DNA from: Nemertoderma westbladi
Lineage: Eukaryota; Animalia; Xenacoelomorpha
Assembly (NCBI GenBank): GCA_032718475.1
Contig: JAUCBJ010006897.1
Coordinates: forward strand, 40,910-104,909
Direction: 5' to 3'
Length of the DNA stretch: 64,000 nt
Position numbers and translations under genes: made by a program. The stretch's first letter is position 1. Each line of letters starts with the position of its first letter. The notes beneath the pieces are model-generated. The model was not told where the DNA came from. It was given only the letters and a program-made list of their open reading frames with translations, and ran no database searches. Shown here in pieces: positions 63,547-64,000 of this stretch.

Positions 63547-64000
63547 CCCTCTGGCATTTTTTATTTTTACTACTGAACGTAATTTTCGCAGGGGGGGGGG
63601 GGGGGGGGGGGTGGGGCATTTTATAAATTTTTCGTTTTAAATTCATTATCTTGGCTGAAAAAATTATAAAATTATTGGAAAATTTATGTGTTATACCTAA
63701 TAATTAATATATGGCGAATCGAATTGTCGCAATTTTGAAACGTTGCAGTGAATTGGGATGTCATTTTTTGTCAATTGAAAATGTTCAGCACTTTTAAGAA
63801 AATTGAAATTTTTCATATTTCACTATATTTTTTTTTCTTAGTTTAATTCACTCATTTTTAAAAATATTAGTGAGAAAAAGCGGTTTTTTCAAATAAAGGA
63901 CTATTATTCGATAAAAAAAAAAGTAATGCGGAAAAAACCGGTTTGTTTCACTCATTTTCAATTTAGCGAAATTCAACTATTCTACCCGAGTGGTTGAGTT
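63547..64000. mobile_element. Possible piggyBac MITE left end
   Basis: TTAA|CCCT followed by a subterminal G-run, as in the other MITEs. Runs off the window. Confidence 0.45.

Overview
AT-rich eukaryotic, probably invertebrate, repeat-dense DNA. It has GT-AG introns, no operons and no intact host gene that I can recognise. Almost all of it is a mosaic of transposon pieces: Gypsy and Bel/Pao LTR elements; RTE, RTE-X-like, CRE-like and Penelope retroelements; piggyBac, Chapaev, EnSpm-like and Sola2-like transposase fragments; Helitron Rep and PIF1 pieces; and several MITEs. These are interleaved with 12-, 19-, 22- and 59-bp tandem arrays. The clearest element is a young Gypsy (40998-45833) with near-identical LTRs, a GTAAT TSD, PBS and PPT, inserted into a divergent Helitron-type Rep gene. 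Its whole RT/RNase H core is replaced in frame by 42 copies of a 12-mer. The best candidate for something undescribed is a window-wide pattern: young elements are cut inside coding cores and joined directly to tandem arrays or unrelated fragments without TSDs, alongside many long poly-G/C tracts. A conserved pseudoknot at the RTE 5' end and a Penelope hammerhead-like motif are the RNA candidates. Family assignments come from recalled motifs, not database searches.
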